DNA of 64,000 nt, taken from the NCBI RefSeq assembly GCF_009914755.1, contig NC_060926.1; one strand, 5' to 3'. Shown here one piece after another: positions 1 through 17,230 of this stretch (positions are counted from its first letter, which is position 1; each line of letters opens with the position of its first letter). The notes under the pieces are model-generated. The model was given only the letters and a program-made list of their open reading frames with translations. It was not told the origin of the DNA and made no database searches. The translations under genes were made by a program, and so were the position numbers. This DNA is from the human T2T-CHM13v2.0 reference genome, Homo sapiens.

Positions 1-2070
1 TTAGTAAACGTCCTCTATCAGGATGAGGAAGTTCCTGTCTATTTGTAGTTTCTTGAATATTTTTATCATGAAGGGGTGTTGGATTTTGTTGAATGATTTT
101 TCTGTGTCTATTGAAATGATCATACGGTTTTTGTTCTTTATTCTTTTCACATGGTGCATTACATTGATTGATTTCAATTTGTTGAAAAATATCCACTCTT
201 CATGTTATTTTTAAAACTGTGGACATTTTACTGTAGGACATAGGCAAGTTATTTTACATGTAGAGCAAAAATTAACCAGTATTAACCTATTAACAAATAG
301 GTAAATAGACTCCTCTTATTCCTTAAGCTAGAAGAGTATCCCTACATTTCTGCGGAATGATATGGTAGTTCAAGACGTAAAGATGCCCCTTTCAGGCCTA
401 CTTTTTATTTTCTAGTATTGCATCCATATTTTCTTTCCCTGTTCGCTCTAAAGCTAATAAGGAGAAAAATGAAGCAGCCCCAGAACTGTGAACGTGTTTG
501 TGATCGACAAACTGCATTATCTACTCCTAAATCATTGCTAGTAAATGCCAATGTGAATCATTAATCATAAATGCTAATATGGGTAATGGAAAAGGTTATT
601 AACAAGGTTAATCTCCTTAGGAAAAACCTCAGAAAACAATGGGGCAAGGATTCTATGAAAACAAAGAAATGAAAATAAAATGACTTCCAGCTCTACAGTA
701 ATATGTTTCCTTTAAATTAAGGCTAGAATTTGGGGACATCTGAAGGCTTTAAGACGCTGGGGTGCACTTAATAAATGTTGTAGTCTTTTAAGAACGATTC
801 TGCTTATATTTATTTCTAACGTACTGAATATTGTCAGTATTAATGTGAAAATTGATTTAAGTACAAAACAATCTTCATGCTAGGAAAATAATCTTTTAGT
901 GGGTTTTTAGCAGCATAAAGTTTTTAAAAACTGGTGTAGGATTAGGGAGGATTCTATATTACGCTAAATACTGGGAAAATCAATGTGGTTATATTTTTAG
1001 AAAACAAAAGAATAGAATAGTATACTTCAACTGCAGTTCCATTCCAGGGCTCTGAGAGTTTTGCTGTCACCGTTCTTCATAACTGAGGCTTTCCATTCCT
1101 AATGTAAATTTCATAGCAGGGCAGTTCATAGCAAGGGGAACTCAGAAATACATTATTAGGCTGCTTATTAAAAATAGCCTGATAAAATATTACCAAACAT
1201 TTAAAACTACTTTTATGTATCTCAGAGCCAGAAACCATCATGCTTCCAAAATCAAGTAACACTTCAAAATTTCAAAACCAATTCCCTTGCATCTTGTCCT
1301 CCCCCTTACAGTGCTTCTCCCTGCAATTAATATCCTCCCAAAGGAAAGTTAATATGGAAAACACTAATTCCAGATTTACTTCATATGGCTAACTCCAAAT
1401 TGCATGTATATGTGCCTTCTCTTACACCAAATAAAAATTATGCAAACTTGTCAGGATCACAACAACTTACCCTTAAATACGCCAAAGGACCTCTGGCTTG
1501 AAAGACTTAACCTGGACCTGGCCAAATTGAGAGTGATGAAAAGGAATCATTATAGTAAAAATCCAAACCGTGAATTGTAGCAATTGAATCAAACTGTAAT
1601 ACTTCCTTAAATTTCAGAATATGGTAAAATTATGAGCTGATAGATTCAAACAATCTTATCTGTTGGGCACAGCTAAAATAATAACACTCTGTGTTTGTGT
1701 GGTGTTGTTATACTGTCTGTTCTACTAGAAATAGCAGTATTTCATTTGTCCCTCACTACATACCCACAAGGAATAATGGTTTGTTGTCAACATGCCCCCT
1801 TTTCTGGATTGGCTAAACTGAGACATAGAAAGGTTAAGTAGCACAGTTGGGCTCCAGCCTTAGTCTCCTATTTCCCATTAAGTTCTTTCCATAAGTTCTC
1901 ACCAGTTCTGGAATTTGTCTTAGAATTTAAAATTTGTACATGGATCTCACTAGACAGTGATTATAATGTGTACATTGGGTAATTTAACAAATTATCCTGA
2001 ATATTAATTGTGTTGTAGCATTTGAATGTTTTACTTTTTAATTTTTTGTTTATTTATTTAATTTTTTTAG

Positions 2071-2223
<153 letters not shown>

Positions 2224-2879
2224 TAAATGTCAGCTATTTAGGGCCTGCTTCATTTATATTAAATAATCTCAGTACTTTGGGGGTTTGATTTAGTTTTTGT
2301 CAAGTATTTGAAGCTATATTTGGCATATTCTTTTGCCAGTGTTAGGGTAGATTGGACTTTAAGACAAAAAATATTTATTTGCAAATGCTAGTGGCATATG
2401 TGAGAACCGTGTATGTTTGGTGAATGTAGAGTTCATTCATTCCAGAGAGAAAGCTATAATTTATTTGATTTTATTAGAGGAGTATGACAGCTTTGATCTA
2501 CTAAATGTTTACAAAAATCATATTGAAGGGATTATAGAAAAAAATTATCTATTGATAGTAAAATGTGTTTATACCGTATTTGAAAGATGTATCTACTTAG
2601 GAATCTGTGTTGACTAAGTATATATTGCTAAATTCTTGCCTGGGCTAGAATTGAGTTTAAAATAATTATATGCTTTTCTAATCATGTAATTAGAATTTCA
2701 TTTATATTACAGGAATTTTTTGCAAGTATGTGTATAAAACCAATAGATTTGTTCATTTATTCATTCAACAAATATTCTTTGAGGGCTAATTATGTGTTAG
2801 ACACCGTTCTTAATACTACAGTTACATATATGAACAAGACAACCCATATTCCTATTTCCAGGGAACTTGAATTCTAGAC

Positions 2880-3191
2880 CTCTGCTGTCCCAATGCAGTA
2901 GCCACTAGCCACATGTGGATGTTCAACACTTCAGATAAGGCTAGTTCAAATTGAGGTGTGTTGTAAAAGTAGAATAAATACAGGATTTCAAAGTTTTAGC
3001 ATGAAATAATGTAAAATATCTCAGCAATAATTTTTATATTGATTATATGTTGAAATGATATTGTGGATATTGGGTTAAATAGGCAATATTAAAATTAATT
3101 TTACCCACTTCTTTTTACTTTTTAAACGTGTGTATTAGAAAATTTAAAATCACACCTGTGGCTCATATTATATTTCTATTGGAAAGCACTG
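2880..3191 (-). mobile_element. MER33-like hAT-Charlie MITE
   Basis: ctgctgtccc aatgcagtagccactagccacatgtgg...ctattggaaagcactg termini and internal match. Confidence 0.75.
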
Positions 3192-4529
3192 TCTGGATGA
3201 ATGGATGAATGATATTAGTGGTTATTCAGAACTGATCAGAAGAACTTACAGGTGGTTTCTGAAACACTAATCTGCATAATCCTTTTGGGATGGAGATTGG
3301 TACATGTATCATATCTCCAAAAAAGGTATTAAATCTTCCTTTCATTGCTAGCCAAGAATCTCTTAGTACAGAATTATTATAATAACATTCAGCAAAACAT
3401 CATTCAGTCTAAACTTGCATATATATCATCTCAAACTTTTGGGCTTTAACATCTTTTAGGTAGAAGACTAAAGTTATCCTTACTCACTTTGGGTCAAGGA
3501 TGACTCAGTAATCAATCAGTCAATGAATCCTGAACTTCAATGTGCTTTATTTATTGATATTACATCAAAATTATTAAAATTATAGCTTATAAAATCCCAG
3601 TTTGAGTATCTCCAAGTTGGAGAAGTTTTTTCTAACGTAACTTAGTGACTCATCTTTTATCTTTTGCTCTTCTGTCAATGAAAATCATTTTCCATGTTGT
3701 ACTATGATTTATCCGGTATTTTCCAACAACCCCAACTGCCCCATACAGTGATTTTTGTCAGGATCAACCAATTATGTCCTTATTACTAAACCTCATGGAC
3801 ACTTCCCATTTGTTGCCTAAGCCTCTCAGCAGTTGACACTGTTGACCACAGGATCCCTCTCAAAATTTTCCTGCTTTTCTTGACTTCTGTACTCGTTTGG
3901 CTTCCTTATGGACTAAATAGAAGATATTAGCTTATTTGGGTTGCAATTAGTTGACCTTTAAATTCTAAATTTTATGGCAACATTTGTTCTGTTCTTTAGA
4001 AAGCATGTTGCAGCAAGTTTCTCAATGAGTGCCCATTTTAAAAATAATAAAAGTGTTGTTATCTCCAGTAATTTCTCTATAAGTAAAATAGCTTTTTTAT
4101 TATTAATTTTTATGCTATCAGATTAAATGTTTTCTTTGCCAGTGAATGAACATTGATAGGAATGTTATTTCGGAATTGCTGTTCTAGTTGTGGTTTCTTT
4201 TTCTTTAATTTTCTTCTTCTTTTTTTTTTTTTGGTCTGTATTTCGTATCTGTGACATAAATTCTTTGGCAGATCTAAGAGATGGAATTATTCTGATGTGT
4301 TTTACACATTGGAAAGTAGATAAATGTGCCAAGTTACTCATGGCTTCCCAATAAATATATTCAACACAAAAATATGAACAAGGATTTTCACAATATTTTC
4401 TGTTATATTCCATTATGAATATTTTTCTCAGGTTTAAAAATTTCTTTTGGTCTCCATCCATGTTTTAATGAAAATATCTAATATTTATTGATTTATTATG
4501 TATAGGATAAGCTCTGTATAGGTATGGTA

Positions 4530-4830
4530 TGATTTATTTAATTCTTATAACAACTTGTGAAGTAATACATTTTATTGTGCTCATTTTATAGATTAGGAAA
4601 CTGTTGCTTACTATGCCAAGAAATCTTCTAAGTGCTTTAAATATATAAACTTTTAAATCCTTATAACTATCCTATGAGGTAGTTACTAATATTATCCACA
4701 TTTACAGAAGAGGAAACTTAGGCATAGAAAAGTTATTTAACTTGACTGAGTTCACACTAAAAAGTGAGTAGTGGAGCCAAGATTCAAACCCAGGCATTCT
4801 GTCTTTTTAAGCCTGAAGGCTTAGCTATCA
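4530..4830. mobile_element. Two MIR remnants
   Basis: cattttatagattaggaaactg and catttacagaagaggaaacttaggcatagaaaagtt...ggagccaagattcaaaccc cores. Confidence 0.65.
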
Positions 4831-5466
4831 GCCTATATGGCCTTTCTAATTTTCACCTTCCTTGCCTTCTCTGATATATCTATCCACTCATCCATTCTGT
4901 CCTCTATTCAGCCATGCAACATAAAAATCCACTTCTGCTTGGGGGCAGCTACCTGTGTGTGTATGTATGTATGTAGTAATAACGATTTACCTAACATTAT
5001 GTATTTTTCAATGCAAACCGTATGGCATTGCTTCTAAGTGCCAACTCGAGTCAAATGTTGCATTCCAGAGACTGGTCTGGTCCTATCCACCTCTTTGGTT
5101 TTGTGTTAGCACCAGTCAGCCCCAGGGCTTCTCCCTAATAGTGCTCTATACCTTCCCCCTAAATGGATGCAGGCCCAAGGGTGAAGATTCTTGAGAGAAT
5201 ACTAATTTGGTTCTTTAGCTCTTTGCCCGGAATTGTGGCCAACTTCTCTTTCCTGCAACAGTTCTAGTTCTTAGTTCCATTTTATTAGTTATGGCTATAG
5301 GAAGCTGACTCTAGCGGCCAAATATGGTTCCTAAGTCTTTACTGCAACCATCAACTAGTTTAAACCCCACAGTAACCCTATGAGGTGATTGTTATTATCC
5401 TCAATCTAGAGAATTAACATTAAGGCTGAGAGTAATTGAGTAGCATGCCCAATATCACACAGCTAA

Positions 5467-5885
<419 letters not shown>

Positions 5886-5958
5886 TTTTTTTCCTGTGTC
5901 TTTCTGAATGGACACACTGGTTAAGTGAACAGGGGAGGTGACCTAAATGTAATTACAT

Positions 5959-5960
<2 letters not shown>

Positions 5961-5998
<38 letters not shown>
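5961..5998. repeat. (TG)19 microsatellite in the tail position of an Alu
   Basis: Pure GT run adjoining the Alu 3' end. Confidence 0.95.
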
Positions 5999-6278
<280 letters not shown>

Positions 6279-7530
6279 TAAATGTAATTACATATTGATA
6301 GCAGATGTATTTCTGAATTTTTAAAGGAAAAATATGTGAGATGATCTAGGTGTTTTTATAATTAGAGATGAATTTCAATTATATATGCCCTATATTTTTG
6401 GAGATGAAGTTGGATAATACATGGGATCTTTTAGAAAAGTTGTTTTGCACCTATTTTTTTTCATCACAGTTTCCAAGTAACTTAGAATATTGAAGCTTGT
6501 GAAGAAAAAGGCCTTATTGAAGTCTTGGGCAAGTGCTGCTGTAAGTGGGAGAGGTCTTTAGAGGAATTTAAGGAATGGTGTTGGAAATATCCCTAGTATG
6601 CCAAATATAAACTCTTCAGGGAAGCTGAGATTTAAGTAGTTTTCCTACTTTACAATATTACTAGTTAGTTTCTGAGTCAGGGAGGGAAAAAGGAAAGTTT
6701 CTTTGTCAGTTGAAGTGAAATGTTATTTCCTATGAGTTAGATTTTCGGTGAAAAGGAAAGGGAGAAAAATATGAAGAATTTTCCCTTTGGACATCAGCAT
6801 TGCTCGCATAACCTCATGCTACCTCTACCTGATGTGGCATTGCCATCTGGAATTTCCTGCCACTTGGCATTTCTTTTGTGAATGTGATCCCCTTGAAGCA
6901 GACTTGGATTGCCTCATAGGAATAAGGAGTCCTTGGACAGCATAGTATATGCTTTTACCCAACAATCCAGTACAATATCATGATTAACCTATTTAAATTA
7001 TACATTCCCTCAGTTACTCTACTGGCTTGCCTAATGTTTCACAGTGTCTAATGGAAATTCTACATATACTAACAATGGGACCGTATAGGCTAATTTAAAT
7101 GTCACATCTTTGGTTACTGGTTGAAGATATTATTTATTATAACAACATCAAATAATGTTTGGTGGTAGAATCTTTCATGGGCTCTGTGGGGGAAAAGTCA
7201 GGAAGAGAGACACGTGGCAGGGAACTGCTGTCCACATCAGTGGGTGTGAAGGTCCTAAAGGATTCCACCTAAATTAACCAATCCATTAAACAAATTTATT
7301 TGTATACAATCCCTTTAACAATGAGAGGCTCTATAAGTATACAGGCTCAGTGGCAAATTTCCCTCTGCCACTTGCTGCTAAGTTCACTTTGGCTACAGAG
7401 GGTACTTCTGTAGCAGTAAATTAAGCACTTAGAATTTGCTGCTTCATTTTGTTATTACATAATTGGCCTGTTCATAAAATACTTATTTTTGTCTAAAGCC
7501 TGATATGGGACCATAGATCATTTCAGGTTT

Positions 7531-7830
7531 GTTTTTCTTTCCTTTTTTTTTTTTTTTTTTTTTTTCTGAGATGGAGTTTTGCTTTGTTGCCCAGGCTGAA
7601 GTGCAGTGGTGCCTTCTGCCCCCTGGGTTCAAGTGATCCTCCTGCCTCAGCCTCCTGAGTAGCTGGGATTACAGGTGTGCACCACCATGCCCAGCTAATT
7701 TTTGTATTTTTAGTAGAGATGGGGTTTCACCATGTTGGCCAGGCTGGTCTCAAACTCCTAACCTTAACTGATCTGCCCACCTTGGCCTCCCAAAGTGCTG
7801 GGATTACAGGCGTGAGCCACTGTACCCGGC
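7531..7830 (-). mobile_element. Alu
   Basis: Antisense Alu, TSD catttcaggttt. Confidence 0.9.
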
Positions 7831-7981
7831 CATTTCAGGTTTCTTTTACTGACTTAATATAGATTGGCTATGGAATTGACCCAAGGTTTACATTATAGTC
7901 TATATTGTGAAAGTAAAAACTTACATGAATATTGTCTGCATTGCTTTTTTGAGTATTTTGCAAAGTTATTGTCCAGCTTGA

Positions 7982-8343
<362 letters not shown>

Positions 8344-8627
8344 AGCATTACCTTTCCTACTACTCTTATATTTAAACTGGTTTTAAAATAATCTAAGTTT
8401 TATTGGATATACCTAATGTATATTTACATTAATGCAATGTGAAGTGTTCAGAATTTATAATCTGTAATACAGATTGTGAAAATGTAGTGATTACCCTTTA
8501 TCAAAGTTTATCCTCACAACATAATTTTTTGGAGTTAAAATCTTTTCATTCATTCATTCATTTATTCATTTTGTTCAGCAAACATTGAGTTTCTGTTATG
8601 TGTATTCATTATGCCTGCCTCAACCAT

Positions 8628-8757
8628 TGTTGTATTTTTAGTAGAGATAGGGTTTCACTATCTTGGCCAAGCTGGTCTCGAACTCCTGACCTTGTGATCC
8701 ACCCGCCTCGGCCTCCCAAAGTGCTGAGATTATAGGCGTGAGCCACCGCGCCCGGCC
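8628..8757 (-). mobile_element. Alu left-monomer fragment
   Basis: tgtatttttagtagagat...cgcgcccggcc. Confidence 0.85.
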
Positions 8758-10099
8758 CTCAAATTTCAAATTTAGCCTCTCTTGGTTATATTTCTATCCC
8801 TTTGTTTCTTTCTGTGATAAGTTCCCTGATAACATGTAACTTAGCATTTTTCCTATTATGAATGTTATGCTTTTAAGTTACAGATAAAAGATTCCTAGGC
8901 TGAACAAATAGCAAAGGACAGAAATCAAGACAAATGCTTTTCAGCTAAGATTTTTGTGTCTTTTTTTTTGTATTTGGGACTCTGATTTTCATATAGTTCT
9001 GTATAACTATACACTGTGTGCGTCTGGCATATAAATTCTATAGCACCTGTGGTTCAACTAAAAGGGCATTAGGGAATCAGAACATGAAGACTGAAATCCC
9101 AGCCATGAACAAGGCATATTCACTCTGAACATCAATTTCCTAATCTCTGTAATGGGAATAACAATTCCTGTCTCATAGCATAGCTGTGAAATAATGTATT
9201 TGAAAGTTCCTGGTTCCTAAACACTAATTTGAATTTTTAAAAAGTTATCTTCTGTTCCCTGAATTATCTTTCTTTCTTCTAGGATTATTTTCCTGTTTTT
9301 ATGTTTGTAATTACTTTTCAGGTTGCAAACTTTTCTCAAATGTCTGATGATTTTTAGTGGTCTATTTATATTTAAGAATAGGACACCTGCAAAGTAAACT
9401 GACAATTATGTATAAATGGTCAGTTGCTGGTTAGCAGTCAATCTTTTCTTTAGCGTGAGAGGGTGGGAGAGTATCTGCTGGGCGGTGAGGTCATAGATGC
9501 CATAGCTGTTGGACTAGTGCACTCCAATTCACTTATTCAATTTTGTAAGAGAATAACTTTTCAATTTTTTAGCAGGAAGTAAATGCTTAGTTGCTAGACA
9601 TTTGGCAGATGGGTTTAAGAGAGAAGGTTTCAATGAATTAGTTGACTCTAAGGGCCACAGATTTTACATTAATACCTACTGTTTTCAGTCTTTCATGTCA
9701 CTCCGCCTCTAGGTCTTTACAGGGCTCTGCAGGGCATTTGGCCCTTAGAAGGAGGAGCTCAAGCCTTATTCTCCAAGCCTTATTCTAGGCTATGCTATCC
9801 AGAACTCTGCTACACTAAAAATAGGGGAACTAACTGACTGTATGCATATTTAATGGTAAGCTGGCCCTTCACCCCCAACCTCCTTTCTCCCACTTGGCTC
9901 CTAAAATGCTAGCAGCCACCCTTTATTCTACAGGAGGAGATAGAAGTCTCTAGGGACTCCATGAGTCCAGGAGGAAAGAAATAGTGATGCTGACATCAGT
10001 AGTTCCCCAACAGGGAGCCCAGCCAGAACACCCAAGGTTAGGTTTTCTGGTTAACAAACCCCACATATGTGCCAAAGTTTCTAGTCAGCTTTTTAGTCC

Positions 10100-11560
10100 T
10101 TCACTCTTAAACCTACGTATCACATCATGGATGACCAGACATCTGAAGAAAGCCTCTAACACGAAAGACAGGGCACAATCAGAAAAAACCAGCATTGCCT
10201 ATGTGGGGAAAAGTAAGCAAAACAAAACGAGCAAAACTCTATCATTTAATATTCTCAGAGAGAAAGGAAAGGATAGTGCATCCATGACACAGGGAATATT
10301 CAGAGAATAAATAAGAGCTCTTAGAAAACCAAAAACATGGTAGAAAAAATGGCAAACCTAAGAGCAGGGTTGAAATATAAACTAAGGGAAAGTTCCTGGG
10401 ATGTAAAGCAAAACATTAAAGAGATGGAAAATAGGAGAGAAAAGATGAGAAATTTAGAGGTCCAGTTCAATATGTCCAAGATCCAAGTAATAGGAAGACT
10501 GGAGGGAAGAAAATAAATGAAACAATACAAGAAAGTTTCCTAGAATTGAAGCATACAAGATTCCAAGTTGAACGTGTCTACCAAGAACCTACCATAACAG
10601 ATTAACATAATTTCCACCTCAAGTTACATCATAATGAACGTTTAGAATATAGAGATCAAAGAAAAGATTCTGCAAGCTTTCAGAGGAAAAAACAGTTCAC
10701 ATACAAAGCATCAGGAATTGAAATGGCTTCAGACCTTTCAAAAGCACCACTAGAAATTAGAGGATAATGAAAAAATGTCTTCAAAATTCTGAAGGAAAAT
10801 TATATCAAACCCAGAATTCTGCACCGAGGCCAATTATTAATTTTATTTGAAGGTAGAATAAAGATATTTTGAAGACATTCAAGGTCCCATGTAACTTCTC
10901 TGAGGACTCTCCAGAAGGAGTGCTTTATTAAAAGGAGGAAGTAAACCAAGAACGAGGAAGGCATGGGATATAGGAAACAAGAGATTCTATATGGGAGAAA
11001 GTTGAGGGGTCTCCCCAAGAAGTCAGCTGTGCCCAGGCAGAGAGGTGAACCAATTGAGCCTGGCACAGGTCAGTTCTGGGAGTGGCTTAAAAACATGAAA
11101 TTGGTAGAAAACCAGACGTGAACAAACATTTTGAGAGACAATTTACACAGTGGTGGGAATTTGGAGTTGAATTATTGATTCATTCATGAGAAGCTGAATA
11201 AAAGACATTTAACTCTAGGAAAAAAAAGACAGGAAAGGAAAAAGTAAACAGTTCTTTTACATGGTTTTACATGGTTCAGCTCTGAATATCACACATAGTT
11301 ACAATAATACTATTTCTGAACAATGATTTAACCAAAGGTAAGATATAAACATATTGGGAGAATGGGAGATAGGAAGTGTATTTGTTTGGATGGATGGCAA
11401 GGAGAACAGAGAACTAAATCCTCATTTTTCATTAAGTGAGTGAATAAGAAATCACTAAACTAAAAAAGTCAAAAGAAACAGAAGCATGTTACTTAAAACA
11501 TGAAGGCAAATATTAAAAGAATTGGCTAAAAGAGTACATTTACTTTTATTAATAAACCTT
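10100..11560 (+). mobile_element. Degenerate ancient L1M remnant (ORF1-like, A-rich)
   Basis: aaaaatgtcttcaaaattctgaaggaaaattat...cccagaattct motif typical of old L1 ORF1. Confidence 0.55.
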
Positions 11561-11574
11561 TTGGAAGTAGTTGA

Positions 11575-11886
<312 letters not shown>

Positions 11887-11974
11887 GGTGTTGATTTTTA
11901 TACACTGAATTTCTGTTCTTTAAGTGTAACCACTTAAAACTCTTAACTCCTTAACTTTTTTTTTTTTTTTTTAA

Positions 11975-12598
11975 TGGCCAGCATTGGCTGCCACAGTGGC
12001 TCATGTCTGTAATCCCAGTGCTTTGGAAGGCCGAGATGGGAGGATTGCTTGAGGCCAAGAGTTCAAGACCAGCTTGGGCAACATAGTAAGACACCCCCCC
12101 CCGCATCTCTACCAAAAAATTAAAAAAATAGGCCAGGCGTGGTGGCTCACGCCTGTAATCCCAGCACTTTGGGAGGCTGAGGTGGGCAGATCACTTGAGG
12201 TCAGGAGTTCTAGACCAGCCTGGACAACATGGTGAAACCCCATCTCTACTAAAAATACAAAAATTAGTTGGGCACAGTGGCACACGCCAGTAGTCCCAGC
12301 TACTCAGGAGGCTGAGGCGGGGTTATTGCTTGAACCTGGGAGATGGAGGTTGCAGTGAGCCAGCCGAGATCATGCCACTGCACTCCAGCATGAGCAACAG
12401 AGTGAGACTCCATCTCAAAAAAATTAAAATAAAGAAATCAAAATTAGCCACGTGTGGTGTGCACACCTGTAGCCCCAGCTACTCAGGAGGCTGAGGCAAG
12501 AGGATCGCCTGAGCCCAGAAGTTCCGGGGGCTGCAGTGCTATAATGATGCCTGGGCTAAAAAATAAATAAAAATAAAATAATAATAATAATAATAAAG
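11975..12598 (+). mobile_element. AluS (12131-12440) nested in the linker of an older AluJ
   Basis: AluJ left arm, a full Alu, then the AluJ right arm and tail. Confidence 0.85.
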
Positions 12599-13350
12599 GC
12601 CCGCACAAATACTTTATAACAGAATAGAACTTGAAACTGTAATGTGGCAAGGAAATGTTGGGGATAATTAAAAACAACAAAAAAATATCTGTATAGGATA
12701 GTGTAGTGGTGGGGGATTTGGTGAAGGAAAGGTTAGGAAATCAAGAGCAGTGGAGAGCAGAGTATCAAAACCAGGAACTGCTGAAAGTCTTACAATAGCT
12801 GGGATTGATTTTTCTTTAGATAACACTTTAGAAACTAGGCATTTTCTGGAACACAAACCAGCACCTTCAATTTAAACTTTCATGAAGCTCTTAAAATTTA
12901 GGTAATTATGTATCTTTGATGGACAATGGAAGATGCTAAATGTTGTGTAAATCCATTAGAAACCATAGAATGGAAAAATGGCAGGCAACCAGAAAGACTT
13001 CAGATGTCCCACCTTGTCCTAGAGAAAGAACTAGTGGTTTTTCCAACATGATCACAAAACGACCTACTTTGAAAGCCTAAGGTTGTGTGGGGATGGGTTG
13101 GAAATCTCACTTGGGGTAGGATGATTATTACAACTGAATGAGATTTTTCGTCTGGGAGAGTAATTCAGACCTCAACAACTCCTTGAGCTTTGCAACAGCA
13201 GCAGACTTTTAATTTGTAATATTAGATGCATTTTCATGAAAAGAAAAAAATACACATTCTTTGTTCAGAAAAATCTTTCTTCTAAAGGTTAACTTATCAT
13301 TGTGCCATTAATACTTCATCATCTATTTAATCTGGAATGTATCTTAGTGA

Positions 13351-13644
<294 letters not shown>

Positions 13645-13964
13645 TATCTTAACAATTTAAATGGGCATTTTTTTTGCCTCAAAACAAAGCAAATCTGTGT
13701 AATACATTTATTTTTGGTATATGTTTATACAGTTTGTGGAATGGAAAGTTAGGAAAAGCTCTGTACTTTTTATGAGTATAATTCTTGAAGCTGAGACACT
13801 GAATTTCTCCATTTCACATCCAAGGACTGAGAGCTAAGAGAAGATATTCCTAGAAGCTGCATGTCAAAATGAGAGTGGCTTCCAGTGGAATGATGACCAG
13901 ATAGATGATCACAGGAATAGTCAGAGGATTATCTTTACAGATCTACACATAACAGGCTAACCTT

Positions 13965-15000
<1,036 letters not shown>

Positions 15001-15741
15001 AGTTACTGGATCACCTTCTGGTTGTCTAGCATAAACTTGTTTCTGTCTATTGAGAAATTGAATTGTTTTTATCTTTTAAGTTTCACATGTAGTGCACCAT
15101 GCAGGTCTGTCTGTACTTCAAGAAGGTGGACCTACCTCTGCAGAAGATGATCTCTAAATGTATTCCCAATATCTGCAGCATTGATAGATACCGGGCAGAC
15201 TGGTGTAGGGTGGGGCAGATAATTATTTATATTACCTGTGTGTCTTAAAATTTTAAGGGTAAACAGTAAGTTTTGCCCTCCTTCTTCCGTATCTACAATT
15301 GTGCCTACACTTTAAATTATAACACACATACATAATATAAATTGTCCTTGCAGAACGTAAAGTTAACACAATATCATTTTCTGTCTTCTGAACAGTGATC
15401 TTCACATTATTCAACTACCCATTGAATATTTCTTCATCTTCCTTTGTATTATTATCTTGAGCTTTCATTTCATTTTTTAAAATAAAACATATAGGCCTTA
15501 GGCAATTATTCTGCATTATACAGGGAGTGTACTTTTATCTTTCAGCATAATTGTGCTATTCCTATTTACTCACTTGTTTTCTTCTGCTCCTTCCCATTAC
15601 TTTGAAGTCTCTGCATGTCTCTTAAATCTGGTAATTTATATTTTTCACACTTATATGTATTAAATGATACATGAATTGTTTGTACCATTTTTCATGTTAT
15701 GAGCTCTCTCTTCTACGGGGTTCAGAGTATAGTTTACTTCA

Positions 15742-16280
15742 TCTGTATTAGTTATCTATTGCTGTATTAACAAATGACTCCAAAATTTCATGGCTTAAAA
15801 CAACTATAAACATTTATTATCTTGCACAGTTTTTATGGATTAGAAATTTGGAAGCAACTTAGCTTATGTTTCTGATGAGGTTGCAGTTAAAATGTTGGCC
15901 TGGGATATAGTAATCTGAAGGCTTGACTGGAGCTGGAGGGTTCACTTTCAATGGTTCACCAAAATAGTTGTTGGCAAATGGGTATTGGCTGTTGGTAGGA
16001 AGCCTCAGTCCCTAAGTGTGTGGATGTCTCCACAGGACTGCTTGAGGGTTCTCACAACATGGTGGCTGGCTTCCCCCAGAGCAAGTCATCCAAGAGAATG
16101 CAAGGTGGAAGATGCAGTGCGTCTTATGACCTACTCTCAGAAGTCATACTTCATCATTTCCACAATATCCTGTTGGTTGCAAAGGTCAGCCCTATGTTGT
16201 GAAGGAAGCAACTACACATGGGTGTGATTACCAGAAGGTGAGGATCATTGCGAGACATTTAGAGGCTGGCTACTGAACCA
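15742..16280. mobile_element. MLT1-type MaLR LTR
   Basis: tgtattagttatctattgctg...ggcttaaaacaac...gaggctggctact. Confidence 0.7.
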
Positions 16281-16330
16281 TCTATTGAGTTTTTTCTTTC
16301 AGTGACTATGTATTTCTAAATTTTTAAGAC

Positions 16331-16667
16331 TTTTTTTTCTTTCTTTTTTTTTTTTTTTTTTGAAACAGAGTCTCACTCTGTTGCCTAGGCCTGAGTGCAG
16401 TGACTTGATCTCATCTCACTGCAGCCTTGACCTCCTGGGCTGAAGCGATCCTCCCACCTCAGTCTCCTGAGTAGATGGGAATACAGGTGTGTGCCACCAT
16501 GCCTGGCTAATTTTTGTATATATATATTTTTTTCTTTTTTTTGGTAGAAGCGAGGTTTTTGTCATGTTGCCCAGGCTGGTCTCAAACTCCTGGGCTCAAG
16601 CCATCTATCTGCCTGCCTCAGCCTCCCAAAGTGTTGGGATTACAGGCGTGAGCCACCAAGCCTGGCA
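16331..16667 (-). mobile_element. Alu (AluJ-like)
   Basis: Antisense Alu consensus. Confidence 0.85.
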
Positions 16668-16942
16668 AAGACTTTAAACTGGTTTATTTTCTCGCCTGGT
16701 CGTTCTTGTTTAACACCTCCCTGCTGTTTTTCTTCTTTTTTTTTTCAATTCTTGTCCTTTAAAAAATAGATGTTATTCTCATTTCATCTCTTTGACAATC
16801 CTAAACATAAGAAATCTGAAGTCTTTCACATGGTGTTATCATTTTTATTTTACCAGACTAAATTGGTCTTTTGACCATTGATATTGTTATCTGTCTTTCT
16901 TAGTTTTCTTTGTATGTTTTGGAATTTGGGGTTGCAAGGCAC

Positions 16943-17230
16943 TTTTTTTTTTTTTTTGAGACAGTCTCACTGCACTGGAGTGCAGTGGTGAGATCTCAGC
17001 TCACTGGCAACCTCTGCCTCCCAGGTTCAAGTGATTCTCCTGCTTTAGCCTCCCAAGTAGCTGGGACTACAGGCACGTGCCATCATGCCTGGGTAATTTT
17101 TGTATTTTTAGTAGAGACAGTGTTTGACCCTGTTGGCCAGGCTGGTCTCGAACTCCTGACCTCAAGTGATCCGCCTGCCTTGTCCTCCCAAAGTGCTGGG
17201 ATTACAGGTGTTAGCCACTGTGCCTGGCCT
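16943..17230 (-). mobile_element. Alu
   Basis: TSD tgcaaggcactttt. Confidence 0.9.
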